Assembly (NCBI GenBank): GCA_021817505.1 | Contig: JAKAUU010000015.1 | Location: 1-49,455 of the forward strand | Reading direction: 5' to 3' | From: Candidatus Micrarchaeota archaeon | GTDB taxonomy: Archaea; Micrarchaeota; Micrarchaeia; Micrarchaeales; CABMGC01 | Length of the DNA: 49,455 nt | Shown: positions 18,674 to 28,358 of the stretch, in pieces | Layout: each line of letters begins with the position of its first letter | Numbering within the stretch: the stretch's first letter is position 1 | Translations under genes and position numbers: made by a program | The notes under the pieces: generated by a model | Told to the model about the DNA's origin: nothing | The model's database searches: none | What the model saw: the letters and a program-made list of their open reading frames with translations, nothing else

Positions 18674-19669
18674 TTAAGCGCTTATAGTATGTGCATCTTC
18701 CTTTTTATCCTTTTTCAATTCTCTTGAGGCGAGCTCCAGGTCGCTTTTCAGCATGTGCTCGTTCTTTGGGAACCTCAAAATTGCAGATGGGTGAAGTGTT
18801 ATGATATACCTGATCCCATTATTTTCCATTATTTTGCCCCGGTTATCTGAGATGGAGTCTTTCCCGAGTATTGCCTTTGCGGCTACTCTCCCAAGCAAAA
18901 CCACATACTCTGGTTTGATTATTGAGAGTTGTCTCTCTATGAAAGGCCTGCAGAGTGCAATCTCATCTTTAGAAGGCTCCCTGTTCTTCGGCGGGAAGAA
19001 CTGGACCACGCTTGTAATATAGGCATTCTCCCTGCCTATTCCGCTCTCTTCAAGAAGCTTGCTCAGAAGTGCGCCGCTCCTTCCTATGAATGGCCTCTTT
19101 TGTATATCCTCATTGGCACCTGGAGCCTGGCCTATTAGCATTATCCTTGCATTCAGCGGGCCCTCCCCCGGCACAAAGGTCTTCGAAAGAGACCATCCTT
19201 TGATGCTGCCCGGAAGCCTTGAATACTCTGAATTTAGCGTGTGCATCTCCTCATATCTGTCTATGTAATCCCTTATATCAGGAAGTATGTGCAGCATCTC
19301 CTTGTGTTTTAGAAGTTCGCCTGCCTCATTGACAGGACACCACAGGTATGCAATATGCTCCTCTGATATTCTTACTTTTTGGTCTCCACTCTTTGCCAGG
19401 AATAATCTCACGTGCTTCGACACCCTTTCCTTATGGTCTTCAAATATGTAATGTATGGATGTGCTGAAATACGGGAAGAGATTGACAGCAAGCCCGGTTT
19501 CCTCCTTTATCTCACGCAGGGCTGCTGCTTCTTCAGATTCCCCTCTCTCCACATGCCCTTTAGGGAGATCATATGCCTCTCTTCCCTCCTTTTTAAGCAG
19601 AAGAAGGCTTATCCCAGACGGATCGGACCGGTATATTATGGCTCCTGCAGAATACTCTGACCTCATCAT
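18674..19669 (-). CDS. NUDIX hydrolase fused to family-4-like uracil-DNA glycosylase
   Basis: Nudix box PKGHVERGESEEAAALREIKEETGL; UDG motifs IGQAPG, PFIGRSG, LHPS; start moved to MMRSEY. Confidence 0.9.
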   Translation of the reverse strand: MMRSEYSAGAIIYRSDPSGISLLLLKKEGREAYDLPKGHVERGESEEAAALREIKEETGLAVNLFPYFSTSIHYIFEDHKERVSKHVRLFLAKSGDQKVRISEEHIAYLWCPVNEAGELLKHKEMLHILPDIRDYIDRYEEMHTLNSEYSRLPGSIKGWSLSKTFVPGEGPLNARIMLIGQAPGANEDIQKRPFIGRSGALLSKLLEESGIGRENAYITSVVQFFPPKNREPSKDEIALCRPFIERQLSIIKPEYVVLLGRVAAKAILGKDSISDNRGKIMENNGIRYIITLHPSAILRFPKNEHMLKSDLELASRELKKDKKEDAHTISA

Positions 19670-21183
19670 CACACCAGAGAGCTGTATACGCAGTATCTTC
19701 CGTTTATCTGTGCCATTTCCACCGGATTGTATGCAACTGGATTGAATACGTTTAACAGGTATGAATGCCAGTCTATAGGCTGGCAACTATTAACGCGTAT
19801 TGCGGAAAATACTCCTTGCGGCATGATTACATACTCCTTTATCTCCGTGTAGCTGCCGGGGCTTATCTCATAGACGCCTGAGCTCTGGAAGACGTAGAGC
19901 TCTGTCGAGTTGGAATGCAATTGATAATAGGTGGTGGTGAAGCCGGAGCTGTTTATGAAAGTGAACTGCTCAGTGGAAGATGAATTTCTAAGAAGATTCA
20001 TTATCGGATTGTCATAAGGTCTTGTGAGGATTGCAAGAGTGACGTTCCTGTCGGTGGTGGTCCTGTTGTACAGGTAGAGGGCGGCTGCGCTGTTGTTCGC
20101 ATATATGAGTATCTCGCTGGTGTAATTTCTCATTTTTATAGCGTTGTTGAAGTATTGCACAGTATTGTTCTGGGAAAAGTTAAACTGGCGGTTTATGCTG
20201 AGGTTCATCGGAGATATGTAGGTGTTGCCATAGCTGAACATCGCATAGTAGGTAATTGCAAGAAGGATAGCCGCTGCAAGAGCATACCTGTATTCCCTTA
20301 CCTTCTTTCCCTTGACGTTGTTGAATGTTGGAACCTCAAGATTGAACTTTCTCGCGGCGAGCAGCATCACTATTATGGTCATATAGAATAGCAGTACTCC
20401 GACGAACAGATGAACTGTTATGAGAGCCTGGGACGGGCCATATGCAAACCATAATGCGGTTATTGCAGACATGCGGATTATATTCAGTATCAGGAGAAGC
20501 GCTATGCCTGAGGCAATCCATACGCATCTGCTCTTATTAGTGCCATCATAGAAGTATGCTATAGGCACAAGGAGGAAGAGCAGGCCGAGTATCGCACCTA
20601 GGCCTACACAGGACTGGCCGATCCCTATGCTTAGGCCATTGAGGGTTAATGTTATAGGCGGGGAGAAATTTATTGCAGGTATGAACACTTTTGCTATATC
20701 ATACACTATAATGCTGTTGATAGAGGTGAATGCCTGGTTCTGCAGAAGCAACGGCAGAAGGACTATCGGAGACGTAAATATCGAGTATATGATTACGGAT
20801 CTGAACCGTTTCAGGTTCTTTGTCCCGAATGCGAGTATTGCCAATGCAGCCACCGATACCGGCATCAACAGGAAGCCTATGCCGTATGCCGAGAATTCGA
20901 ATGAGAGGGCAAACTTGGTATATTCCGTAATTATGATGCCGATTGCAAAGAGAAGAACGCCTATTGCGATATCCTTGGCTTTCACTTCGGGAAGTATCTT
21001 CTCCTTTAGCTTGAATATGAAGAATATCGGTAGCATCAGCACAGGTATGATCATGTAAGTGGATGGATCGGTGTCGCTTATCCCGGGCTGCACTGCGTTT
21101 ATGTATGCAGCAATTATGACCAGGAGTGCGGCAACGACTATCGCAGTAGACCATAATCCTGACTTTTTCATCAGAAGCACCAT
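19669..21183 (-). CDS. Exosortase/archaeosortase family protein with C-terminal extracellular domain
   Basis: Multi-TM; Cys-Arg-His triad in IGQSCVG, LNIIRM, TVHLFVG. Confidence 0.8.
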   Translation of the reverse strand: MVLLMKKSGLWSTAIVVAALLVIIAAYINAVQPGISDTDPSTYMIIPVLMLPIFFIFKLKEKILPEVKAKDIAIGVLLFAIGIIITEYTKFALSFEFSAYGIGFLLMPVSVAALAILAFGTKNLKRFRSVIIYSIFTSPIVLLPLLLQNQAFTSINSIIVYDIAKVFIPAINFSPPITLTLNGLSIGIGQSCVGLGAILGLLFLLVPIAYFYDGTNKSRCVWIASGIALLLILNIIRMSAITALWFAYGPSQALITVHLFVGVLLFYMTIIVMLLAARKFNLEVPTFNNVKGKKVREYRYALAAAILLAITYYAMFSYGNTYISPMNLSINRQFNFSQNNTVQYFNNAIKMRNYTSEILIYANNSAAALYLYNRTTTDRNVTLAILTRPYDNPIMNLLRNSSSTEQFTFINSSGFTTTYYQLHSNSTELYVFQSSGVYEISPGSYTEIKEYVIMPQGVFSAIRVNSCQPIDWHSYLLNVFNPVAYNPVEMAQINGRYCVYSSLV

Positions 21184-21298
21184 TTGTCCTCAGCCGATAT
21201 GGACTTCATCATATCTCAGCAGTTACTCTTGTCTTCACAGGACAGTATTTAAAGGTAGGGAAAGATTATATACTGTCCGTTAATCTCTGGCGGGTTCT

Positions 21299-21736
21299 TT
21301 GATGAAAGGTTTCAGATATGTCAACCATACTGCAGATATGGCATTCGTTGCGAATGGGAAAAGCGTCGAAGAGTGCATAGAGAATGCATGCTCCGCAATG
21401 CTAAATGCGATGCTGGACCTTCCGAAGATTAAAGGCATAAAAGCTCCGGCAAAGAGCATAGTCATAAATGAGAGCTCCGACAGGATAGAGTATTTAATCT
21501 GGTTCACCCTCGAGCATGTCCTTGAAGAGGTTGATGAGAAGGCGCTGAATGCCTTTGAGTTCAGGGTGGACAGGCTTGTTGAAGGCAAGAGCAAGATTAG
21601 CCTTCGCGGCAGGCTTTATTACAAGGATGAAAAAAAGGACTGCAGGCTGTTGAGCATAAAGGCAGTAACTCCCCATGGGATGAAAATGGTAAGGAAGGCG
21701 GGAAGATTCAGCATTAAGGTAACCGTCGATATATAG
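21299..21736 (+). CDS. Archease
   Basis: HTADM, KAVTPHG and C-terminal VDI. Confidence 0.92.
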   Translation: MMKGFRYVNHTADMAFVANGKSVEECIENACSAMLNAMLDLPKIKGIKAPAKSIVINESSDRIEYLIWFTLEHVLEEVDEKALNAFEFRVDRLVEGKSKISLRGRLYYKDEKKDCRLLSIKAVTPHGMKMVRKAGRFSIKVTVDI

Positions 21737-21745
21737 AGTGGTTTT

Positions 21746-22435
21746 ATTTCAGAGAGAATAAATAGCTTATTTACGAGGATCCACAAGCGCTATGACCTTA
21801 TGAATCACCTCTTCAGCCTCGGGACGGACAAATTATGGCGAAGAAGGGCAGAGATCCTTGCACTCTCCAAAAGCCCCTGCACAGATATTATCGACATAGG
21901 GGCAGGCACCGGCGATCTTTCAATAGGGATTGCGCTGCGCGCAAGAAGGGATTCAAGAACAGTGCATATTGAAGCTGTTGACATGAACAGGAAGATGATG
22001 GGCATAGGGAAGAAAAAGGCCGCGTCAAGGAATATCAGGAACATAAGATTTGCTGAGGGAGATGCATTAAGGATGAAGTATGCGGATTCTTCCTTCGATG
22101 CAATGGTGTCCTCATTCATGCTAAGGAACCTTGATGATTTTGGCAGATTTGCAAAAGAAGCACATAGGGTAGTCAGGCCCGGAGGGAGGATAATACTGCT
22201 CGATATGGCGATGCCTGACGGCCCTTCGAAGTATCTCTTTGCGGCGTATTTCAGAATTATGCGGATCGTAGGGAGAATCGTTGATAAGGAAGCCTATGAG
22301 TGGCTTACCAGCAGCATCACAGCATATGATAAGGAAGAAGCTGCACGGACTCTTAGAAAGAGCGGATTCGGCAATGTCAGCATAGAGAGTGTATTCCCGG
22401 GAGTGGCCTTCATCATACTTGGCACACGTCAGTAA
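21746..22435 (+). CDS. menG: MenG/UbiE demethylmenaquinone methyltransferase (start uncertain)
   Basis: FTRIHKRYDLMNHLFSLG..KLWRR, DIGAGTGD, FMLRN, RVVRPGG, AYEWL..SI; the conserved N-terminus lies upstream of ATG 21800. Confidence 0.85.
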   Translation: MSERINSLFTRIHKRYDLMNHLFSLGTDKLWRRRAEILALSKSPCTDIIDIGAGTGDLSIGIALRARRDSRTVHIEAVDMNRKMMGIGKKKAASRNIRNIRFAEGDALRMKYADSSFDAMVSSFMLRNLDDFGRFAKEAHRVVRPGGRIILLDMAMPDGPSKYLFAAYFRIMRIVGRIVDKEAYEWLTSSITAYDKEEAARTLRKSGFGNVSIESVFPGVAFIILGTRQ

Positions 22436-23274
22436 GAGGAGAGCATCCCCGCGTATCGCGATAGCATATCCCTTATCCTTCTGTCCTTTATGCCCGATAG
22501 CCCATCTGCAGCATATCTTTCCATTATGGATTCGGCCTTATCTGCGGATGCCTTATTGTCCATGCCTTCATTTTTTGCTATTGAGAAGACAATGTTTGGC
22601 TTGCGGCGCCCGGCCTTGTCTTCAGACTTGTAATCCGATAGGTCATCCTTTATCTGGAATGCTATTCCGAAGTTTATCCCGAAATTGTAGAACTCCTTTG
22701 CACCCCTGCTCTTAAGATGTATTGGCACGGAGGAACATGATGCACCTATGAGGGAAGCGCTCTTCAATCTGGCTATCTCAAGGTACTGGTTTAGGTTAGG
22801 AGTCTTGCCCTCCTTATAGAATGAGTAATCCAGAAGCTCGCCTGCACACATTTCAAGCGCAGCGTTTGCCATTGAGTCCATGACCTGCTTCCCGTATTCC
22901 GATGAGAACTGTATTGCTTTTGATATGAGTGCGTCTCCGCCGAGTATCGCAGGCTCTACGCCATACTTTACATGGACCGAAGGTACGCCTCTCCTGACTC
23001 TATCCTTGTCTATTATGTCATCATGAACCAGTGAAGAGGTGTGAAGAAGCTCCGCAGCAGTTGCCAGATCGACATACTCCTTAGGATCCGCGCCTATCGC
23101 ATAGGCTGAAAGAAGAACCAGTGTTGGCCTGAGATACTTGCTCTTCCTGCCGAGTAGATGCGCAGATGGCATGTAGAGCTGGCTGTTAACGAAATCGGCC
23201 TTATCAAGCAATGCTATTTGCCTTTTTACTGCTGATATTGACCTTGAAACGCTTGTTGGAACGGATATTGCCAT
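22429..23274 (-). CDS. Polyprenyl diphosphate (GGPP) synthase
   Basis: SKYLRP, LVHDDIID..RRG (FARM), FQIKDD (SARM). Confidence 0.92.
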   Translation of the reverse strand: MAISVPTSVSRSISAVKRQIALLDKADFVNSQLYMPSAHLLGRKSKYLRPTLVLLSAYAIGADPKEYVDLATAAELLHTSSLVHDDIIDKDRVRRGVPSVHVKYGVEPAILGGDALISKAIQFSSEYGKQVMDSMANAALEMCAGELLDYSFYKEGKTPNLNQYLEIARLKSASLIGASCSSVPIHLKSRGAKEFYNFGINFGIAFQIKDDLSDYKSEDKAGRRKPNIVFSIAKNEGMDNKASADKAESIMERYAADGLSGIKDRRIRDMLSRYAGMLSSY

Positions 23275-23320
23275 AAGTATCAGTTGTTTGCTAATTAATA
23301 TCTTGCAATTAGTTTATAAT

Positions 23321-23767
23321 TCATGTTGTCTTTCCTAAATTCCCAATGCTTATCTTATCCCCTTGCCTTATTCCAGAGGAACCGGCAACTCCGCTGCAGA
23401 GCTCTATGACATACATCGCAGGCTTTGAAGGAGAGTAGCTCCTTGCTCTGAATATTGATTTTGCAGGGCGTGCGTCCCTGGTTATATCCACTACGCGAAG
23501 CTGCTTGTCCAGCCATATGAGGTCTATGCTGAACCGCATGTTTAGCATCCAGAAAGCGTACCTCCTTTCAGAATCGAATATGAAGAGCATGCCTTTTGCT
23601 TTTTGCATGGATCTCCTGTACATGAGGCCCTTTGCCCTTTTGTAAGAGTCATCGGCTAATTCCAGATCGACCTTCAGCCTGCCGATCCTCGCCTGCGAGC
23701 GCTTGTATCTGCCATCGGAGAAAAGCTTGAGAAATTGAAGGTATAGGCTCTCCAAACTATCAGCCAA
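23321..23767 (-). CDS. DUF192 protein
   Basis: KGLMYR..GMLFIF..FWMLNMRFSIDLIWLD..YVIEL..G. Confidence 0.9.
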   Translation of the reverse strand: MADSLESLYLQFLKLFSDGRYKRSQARIGRLKVDLELADDSYKRAKGLMYRRSMQKAKGMLFIFDSERRYAFWMLNMRFSIDLIWLDKQLRVVDITRDARPAKSIFRARSYSPSKPAMYVIELCSGVAGSSGIRQGDKISIGNLGKTT

Positions 23768-25376
23768 CTATCGAGAGGCTCTGCTCTCTCATGAACTGCT
23801 GCAGATAAAACTTGCTGCCTGTGCCTTTGCCAGTAAGTCCGCTGCCCTTCCAGCCTACGAAGGTATGCAGGCCGACTATCGCTCCGGTCGTTGCGCTTGT
23901 CTCCCTGTTTATGTATACTACTCCTGACTGTACGGCCTTTGCATAGTCTCGTATCTCGCTCTTTTTCATGCTGTACATCCCTGCAGTAAGTCCATACTCG
24001 GAATCGTTTGCCTTCTCTATGGCTTCCGGCAGCTTCTTGTAAGTGTCTACCAGCAGAAATGGAAGGAAGAGTTCCCTGTGAAATAGCGGGTTTGAGTGAT
24101 CGGCCTCCGCGAGTACAGGTTCCACATATATTCCGCTCTGCGAGCGGACGATGTTTCCGCCGTATATCAGTCTTCCGGTCTTGCTTATCTCATCCACGCA
24201 TTGCACGTATCTCTTCAGAGCGCTTTGGCTTATCAGAGGCCCAAGGTAGTTCTCCTTTTTGAGAGGGTCGCCTATCTTCAGGGCGCGTATGTTGTCAAGC
24301 ATCTTTGAGACAAGCTCCTCCTTTACCGTTTCCTGCACGTAGACGCGTGAAGCTGCACTGCACTTCTGCCCGCAGTAGCCATATGCTGCACTTACTATGC
24401 CTGAGGCTGCGGCGTCAAGGTCCGCATTCTTCGATACTATTACCGCATTCTTGCCTCCCATCTCAACTACAAAACTCTTCTGCATGCCTGCTGAGAAGCT
24501 CTTTGCGATCATGGATAAGCCGGTGCTCCTTGATCCGGTGAAGACTATCCCGCTGACCTCTCCGCTCATCACAAGTTCGTCGCCTACCTCCGAGCCCGGT
24601 CCGGTAACATAGTTGAAGACTCCCGGAGGGACTCCTGCTTCTGCAAATATACGGTATATCTCAAGCCCCGTCATCATAGTCATATTGTCGGTAGATGAGG
24701 GTTTGAAGACAACGGTATTGCCAGTTATAAGGGCCCCGGAAGACATTCCTACAGATATGGAAATGGGGAAGTTGAACGGGGCTATGACGCCGAATACACC
24801 GTAGGGTTTCATGGCTATCGTTACCTTCTCAGCCCTGCCCGGCGCTCCCTGAAAGGCAGCTTTGACATGGACTTTGCTCTCGGTAAGCTTTGTCTTTCTC
24901 GCATATCCCTTGTTCCTCTCAAGCTCGACAGAATAGTAATTGAGGAAGTCTATCGCCTCGTCAACCTCGCCTATTGACTCGTATCTTGTCTTACCGTTCT
25001 CTATGCTCAGTATCGCAGCCACCCTGAACTTGTTCTTTGAAAAAAGCTCTGCCGCTTTCCTGAAGATGCTTATACGATCCCTGTAATCTGTCTGCGACCA
25101 GCTTGCAAATGCCTCGGATGCGGCCTTTATCGCAGCTGATGCCTGTTCCCTGCTTGCCTTCTGGAACTTGCCTATAAGAATGCCGTCTATCGGAGAGTAC
25201 TCGGATATCTCCTCGCCGGAGTAGACATCTTTCCCATTTATGTATAACGGGTGCCTCTTCCCCAGAATATTCCTTTTTACCGAGTCTACAGCCTCATCAA
25301 AAAGCCTGTCGAACTCCTGCTCCCTGCCGGATTCTGAGAGCCTCTTGAAAGTAGATTCGTTCCTGAAGACAAACAT
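23760..25376 (-). CDS. Aldehyde dehydrogenase, P5C-dehydrogenase (RocA/PutA-like) type
   Basis: PFNFP, KPS, FTGS, EMGGKN, GQKCSA, ELFLP, YGLT, TGAIVG. Confidence 0.9.
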   Translation of the reverse strand: MFVFRNESTFKRLSESGREQEFDRLFDEAVDSVKRNILGKRHPLYINGKDVYSGEEISEYSPIDGILIGKFQKASREQASAAIKAASEAFASWSQTDYRDRISIFRKAAELFSKNKFRVAAILSIENGKTRYESIGEVDEAIDFLNYYSVELERNKGYARKTKLTESKVHVKAAFQGAPGRAEKVTIAMKPYGVFGVIAPFNFPISISVGMSSGALITGNTVVFKPSSTDNMTMMTGLEIYRIFAEAGVPPGVFNYVTGPGSEVGDELVMSGEVSGIVFTGSRSTGLSMIAKSFSAGMQKSFVVEMGGKNAVIVSKNADLDAAASGIVSAAYGYCGQKCSAASRVYVQETVKEELVSKMLDNIRALKIGDPLKKENYLGPLISQSALKRYVQCVDEISKTGRLIYGGNIVRSQSGIYVEPVLAEADHSNPLFHRELFLPFLLVDTYKKLPEAIEKANDSEYGLTAGMYSMKKSEIRDYAKAVQSGVVYINRETSATTGAIVGLHTFVGWKGSGLTGKGTGSKFYLQQFMREQSLSIVG

Positions 25377-25475
25377 AGAAACCTATATGATTTTGATAAA
25401 AAATATATAAAAGGTAGCATAGGAACAGGGCTTTTCAACAGCAAGGTATTTATTTTATCGTTGCATTGGTTATTC

Positions 25476-26168
25476 ATGGCGATCCAGGGAATGATTGAGG
25501 AAGCAGAGCAGAGGATAGACGTTGTCAGCCTCGTCTCAAAGGAGCCTACGTGGAAGGAGCTCCTCATAGAGCTTGTTGATAAGAACAGGATCGACCCGTG
25601 GAACATGGATATAGCGCAGATAGTTGACAATTATATGGAGGCTATAAAGGGGATGAAGAGCCTCGACCTCAAGGTTCCTGCAAACATAATGCTTGCCGCT
25701 TCAATACTGCTCAGGATGAAGAGCGCTTTGCTTGTGATAGCTCCAGAGGAGCCGGAGCCTGAACCGTATTATGAGAGCAGCGGCATAGAGAGGATAGAGG
25801 TAGAGCCTCTGAGCTTCAGATCAAGACTGCCCCCGAAGAGAAGGGTATCGCTCGATGAGCTCATAGCAGCCCTTGACGAAGCCATGAAGATAAAGGAGAG
25901 GAGAAGCTCGATCGCGTCTTTCGTCAGGCCGCCGATATCGTTTGAGGTGGGGAGCACCGATATAAAGGCAGATGCGGAGAAGGTCTATTCATACATAAAA
26001 GAGAGTGCTGATTCTGAGAATGTTGCCCTTTTCAGCTCCCTGGCCAAAGGCAGTGTGAACAATATCCTTCTGGGCCTTTTCATACCTATGCTATATCTGG
26101 CAAGCGAGGGCAGGATAGGCATTCGGCAGGATAAATTCTTTGACGAGATATTCATAACTGTAAATTAA
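25476..26168 (+). CDS. scpA: Segregation/condensation protein A (kleisin)
   Basis: IDPWNMDI, ANIMLAASILLRMKS, VSLDELIAAL, QDKFFDEI. Confidence 0.9.
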   Translation: MAIQGMIEEAEQRIDVVSLVSKEPTWKELLIELVDKNRIDPWNMDIAQIVDNYMEAIKGMKSLDLKVPANIMLAASILLRMKSALLVIAPEEPEPEPYYESSGIERIEVEPLSFRSRLPPKRRVSLDELIAALDEAMKIKERRSSIASFVRPPISFEVGSTDIKADAEKVYSYIKESADSENVALFSSLAKGSVNNILLGLFIPMLYLASEGRIGIRQDKFFDEIFITVN

Positions 26169-26179
26169 AAGGTGGGAGT

Positions 26180-26641
26180 ATGGATCAGGATAACGAGTAT
26201 AAAAAATTCATCGAAGCCGCTTTGTTCATGTCTTCAAATGCATTAGGGGCAAAGGAGATATGCAGCATTACCGGGATAGCCTCTCCAGGCATGGTGAACA
26301 AGCTGCTCAAGGATCTCCAGAATGATTATCAGGTAAGGGACAGCGCGATTGAGATAATAGAGATAGATAACAAATACATGCTTAGCCTTAGGGAGCCTTA
26401 TTCCAGAAAAGTAAGTTCGATGGCGACAGCTCCGGATATAAGCAGGGGTGCATTAAGGGTTCTTGCATATATCAGCAAGAACAACGGGGTTATGCAGAGC
26501 TCCCTGGTTAAGTCCTTCGGGTCAGGAGTGTACGAGTACACTAAGGAACTGGATGAGAAAGGATTTGTAGAGCGCAAGACCGTGGGAAGGAGCAGGAAGC
26601 TCATGGTGACGAGCAAATTCAGGGAGTACTTCAGCGCATGA
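26180..26641 (+). CDS. scpB: Segregation/condensation protein B
   Basis: IEAALFMS, ALRVLAYI, VTSKFREYF; directly follows scpA. Confidence 0.9.
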   Translation: MDQDNEYKKFIEAALFMSSNALGAKEICSITGIASPGMVNKLLKDLQNDYQVRDSAIEIIEIDNKYMLSLREPYSRKVSSMATAPDISRGALRVLAYISKNNGVMQSSLVKSFGSGVYEYTKELDEKGFVERKTVGRSRKLMVTSKFREYFSA

Positions 26642-26642
26642 C

Positions 26643-27185
26643 TCAGTATTTAGGATGCTTCTCGGTTATGCCTGATTTATAGTTGGCATATAGCGCCGCT
26701 ACGAAAAGATATGATGAGAGCCTGTTCACGTATTTTCTGGCAGTATCGTCTATTTGATACCCTTCGGATGCCTTTACAAGGTCCCTCTCCGCTCTCCTTG
26801 CGGTGGACCTTGCAAGATGCAGGCTTGCCGCACCTTCACTGCCTCCTGGAAGAACAAACTCTTTCAGATCAGGCAGCTCTTTTGACATGCGGTTTATGCT
26901 CTCTTCGAGCCGCTTCACAGCGCCTTCATTTAGTACTGCCTTATCCAGACTTGGATTGGACAGGCTGGCAAGATTCGCGCCTATTATGAAAAGGTCGTTC
27001 TGGATTGATTCAAGCTCGCTTTTTACAGATTGCTCTTCAACCTTGCAGCAGGCCACTCCTATCGCGCTGTTCAATTCATCGACAGCGCCTATCGCCTCTA
27101 TTATGGCACTGCCCTTTGACACCCTGTTGCTGGAGATTATACCTGTATCTCCGTTATCCCCCGAACCCGTATAATATTCTGGCAT
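26643..27185 (-). CDS. PduO-type ATP:cob(I)alamin adenosyltransferase
   Basis: YYTGSGDNGDT, GAVDELNS, FVLPGG, LHLARSTARRAER, YVNRLSSYLF. Confidence 0.93.
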   Translation of the reverse strand: MPEYYTGSGDNGDTGIISSNRVSKGSAIIEAIGAVDELNSAIGVACCKVEEQSVKSELESIQNDLFIIGANLASLSNPSLDKAVLNEGAVKRLEESINRMSKELPDLKEFVLPGGSEGAASLHLARSTARRAERDLVKASEGYQIDDTARKYVNRLSSYLFVAALYANYKSGITEKHPKY

Positions 27186-27188
27186 ACT

Positions 27189-28172
27189 TTACTCGCGCCT
27201 CTGGTCCTTAATATGCTTGCCGCCCTTCTTTATGGCCTTATCCGCTTTCATCTCGATTTCTGCGCTTTTAAATGCATCGTCCCTGAATGTGCCGACCTCT
27301 GCACGGGTTATTTCCATGTGGTCCTTAAGCATCTTTGGCTTCTCCACGTAACTTATGCCTGATCCCTTCTCAACGTGCCCAGGTATGCTCTCCGGAGCCG
27401 CTATCACGCATGCGCCCATTGCGCAGTCGACCCCCCTCACGCTCATGGCTTCGGACATCCTTTGGAGAATGGTCCTTACATTTTTTTGCACTTTTTCAGG
27501 ATTGCCGCTTGGAACTGTCGCTATGACCACGAATTCGTCGCCTCCTCGCCTGTAGCTGCCATCGAATTTGTATATTGAATCCTCGCTTCTGGTAGTCTCT
27601 TTTATCGCATCGGCAGCGTTGATGATGAGTTTGTCGCCTTCTGCATAACTTTTGTTGTCGTTCGTTGCCTTGAGGTTATTCAGGTCTATCACTATCAGTA
27701 CAAGATTGAGATCATGCCTCATTGCTGTTCCGAATGCCCTTGGGAAACCTATGTGATTGAATACTTCGACTCTCTCCAGCCCCGTTAGCCCGTCAATATG
27801 TGCGAACTTCTTCAGACGGTGGTTATCGTCTTGGAGCCGCTTGTTTTCCTTTTTTAATGTCTCGTTTTCGGCTGAAAGTGCCTTTATGTACTGTTCAGAC
27901 TCGTGCTGACGCACTGCAGCATCCGCAACTGTCTCTATAAGTTTCTGTTTGTCAGAATTCAGAGCTGCCGTTTCATCCACATTGCTTCTGTGTGAGATTC
28001 TAAGCTCATCCTCAAGTTGCTTTATTGTCTCCCTGAAAAATAACCTTTCCTGGTTGTGTGGCGAGAGGTGCGTCCTGTCTGCGTGTGCGCCATGCTGGTT
28101 TGTTGCTCTGGTCTTGCAATCCGTGCCTCTCCCTTCTGTTGCATCATGTGGTGTTTGCTTCTTTGTTGTCAT
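27189..28172 (-). CDS. GGDEF-domain diguanylate cyclase with N-terminal coiled coil
   Basis: DGLTGL, IDLNNLKATND, EGDKLI, YRRGGDEF. Confidence 0.88.
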   Translation of the reverse strand: MTTKKQTPHDATEGRGTDCKTRATNQHGAHADRTHLSPHNQERLFFRETIKQLEDELRISHRSNVDETAALNSDKQKLIETVADAAVRQHESEQYIKALSAENETLKKENKRLQDDNHRLKKFAHIDGLTGLERVEVFNHIGFPRAFGTAMRHDLNLVLIVIDLNNLKATNDNKSYAEGDKLIINAADAIKETTRSEDSIYKFDGSYRRGGDEFVVIATVPSGNPEKVQKNVRTILQRMSEAMSVRGVDCAMGACVIAAPESIPGHVEKGSGISYVEKPKMLKDHMEITRAEVGTFRDDAFKSAEIEMKADKAIKKGGKHIKDQRRE

Positions 28173-28249
28173 TTTAACAATTCCTCAGTTTAATATGTAT
28201 TATCATGAAATATGTAAAACCCGGTCGCCTGCTGGTCCTAAAAGGACAA

Positions 28250-28335
28250 AAATAAAGCAGATGAGATGGAGTGGTGGGTTGGTTGGGGATACAAGAACAA
28301 GGCCCTTTCGGGCTTGCGTCCATCTCATCTGACTG
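28250..28335 (-). ncRNA. Candidate structured small RNA (~80 nt)
   Basis: Perfect 13-bp terminal stem 28258-28270/28319-28331; GAAA-tetraloop hairpin on the minus strand; TTTATATA box ~25 nt upstream; TTTATTTTT immediately downstream. Confidence 0.55.
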
Positions 28336-28358
28336 GAATAGATATGAAATATTTAGTA

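Noticed and set aside
28258-28331. c-di-GMP-I riboswitch call (GGACGCAAG and a GAAA loop upstream of GGDEF)
   Set aside because: Order of elements and P1/P2 architecture do not fit the known aptamer; kept only as an unclassified ncRNA
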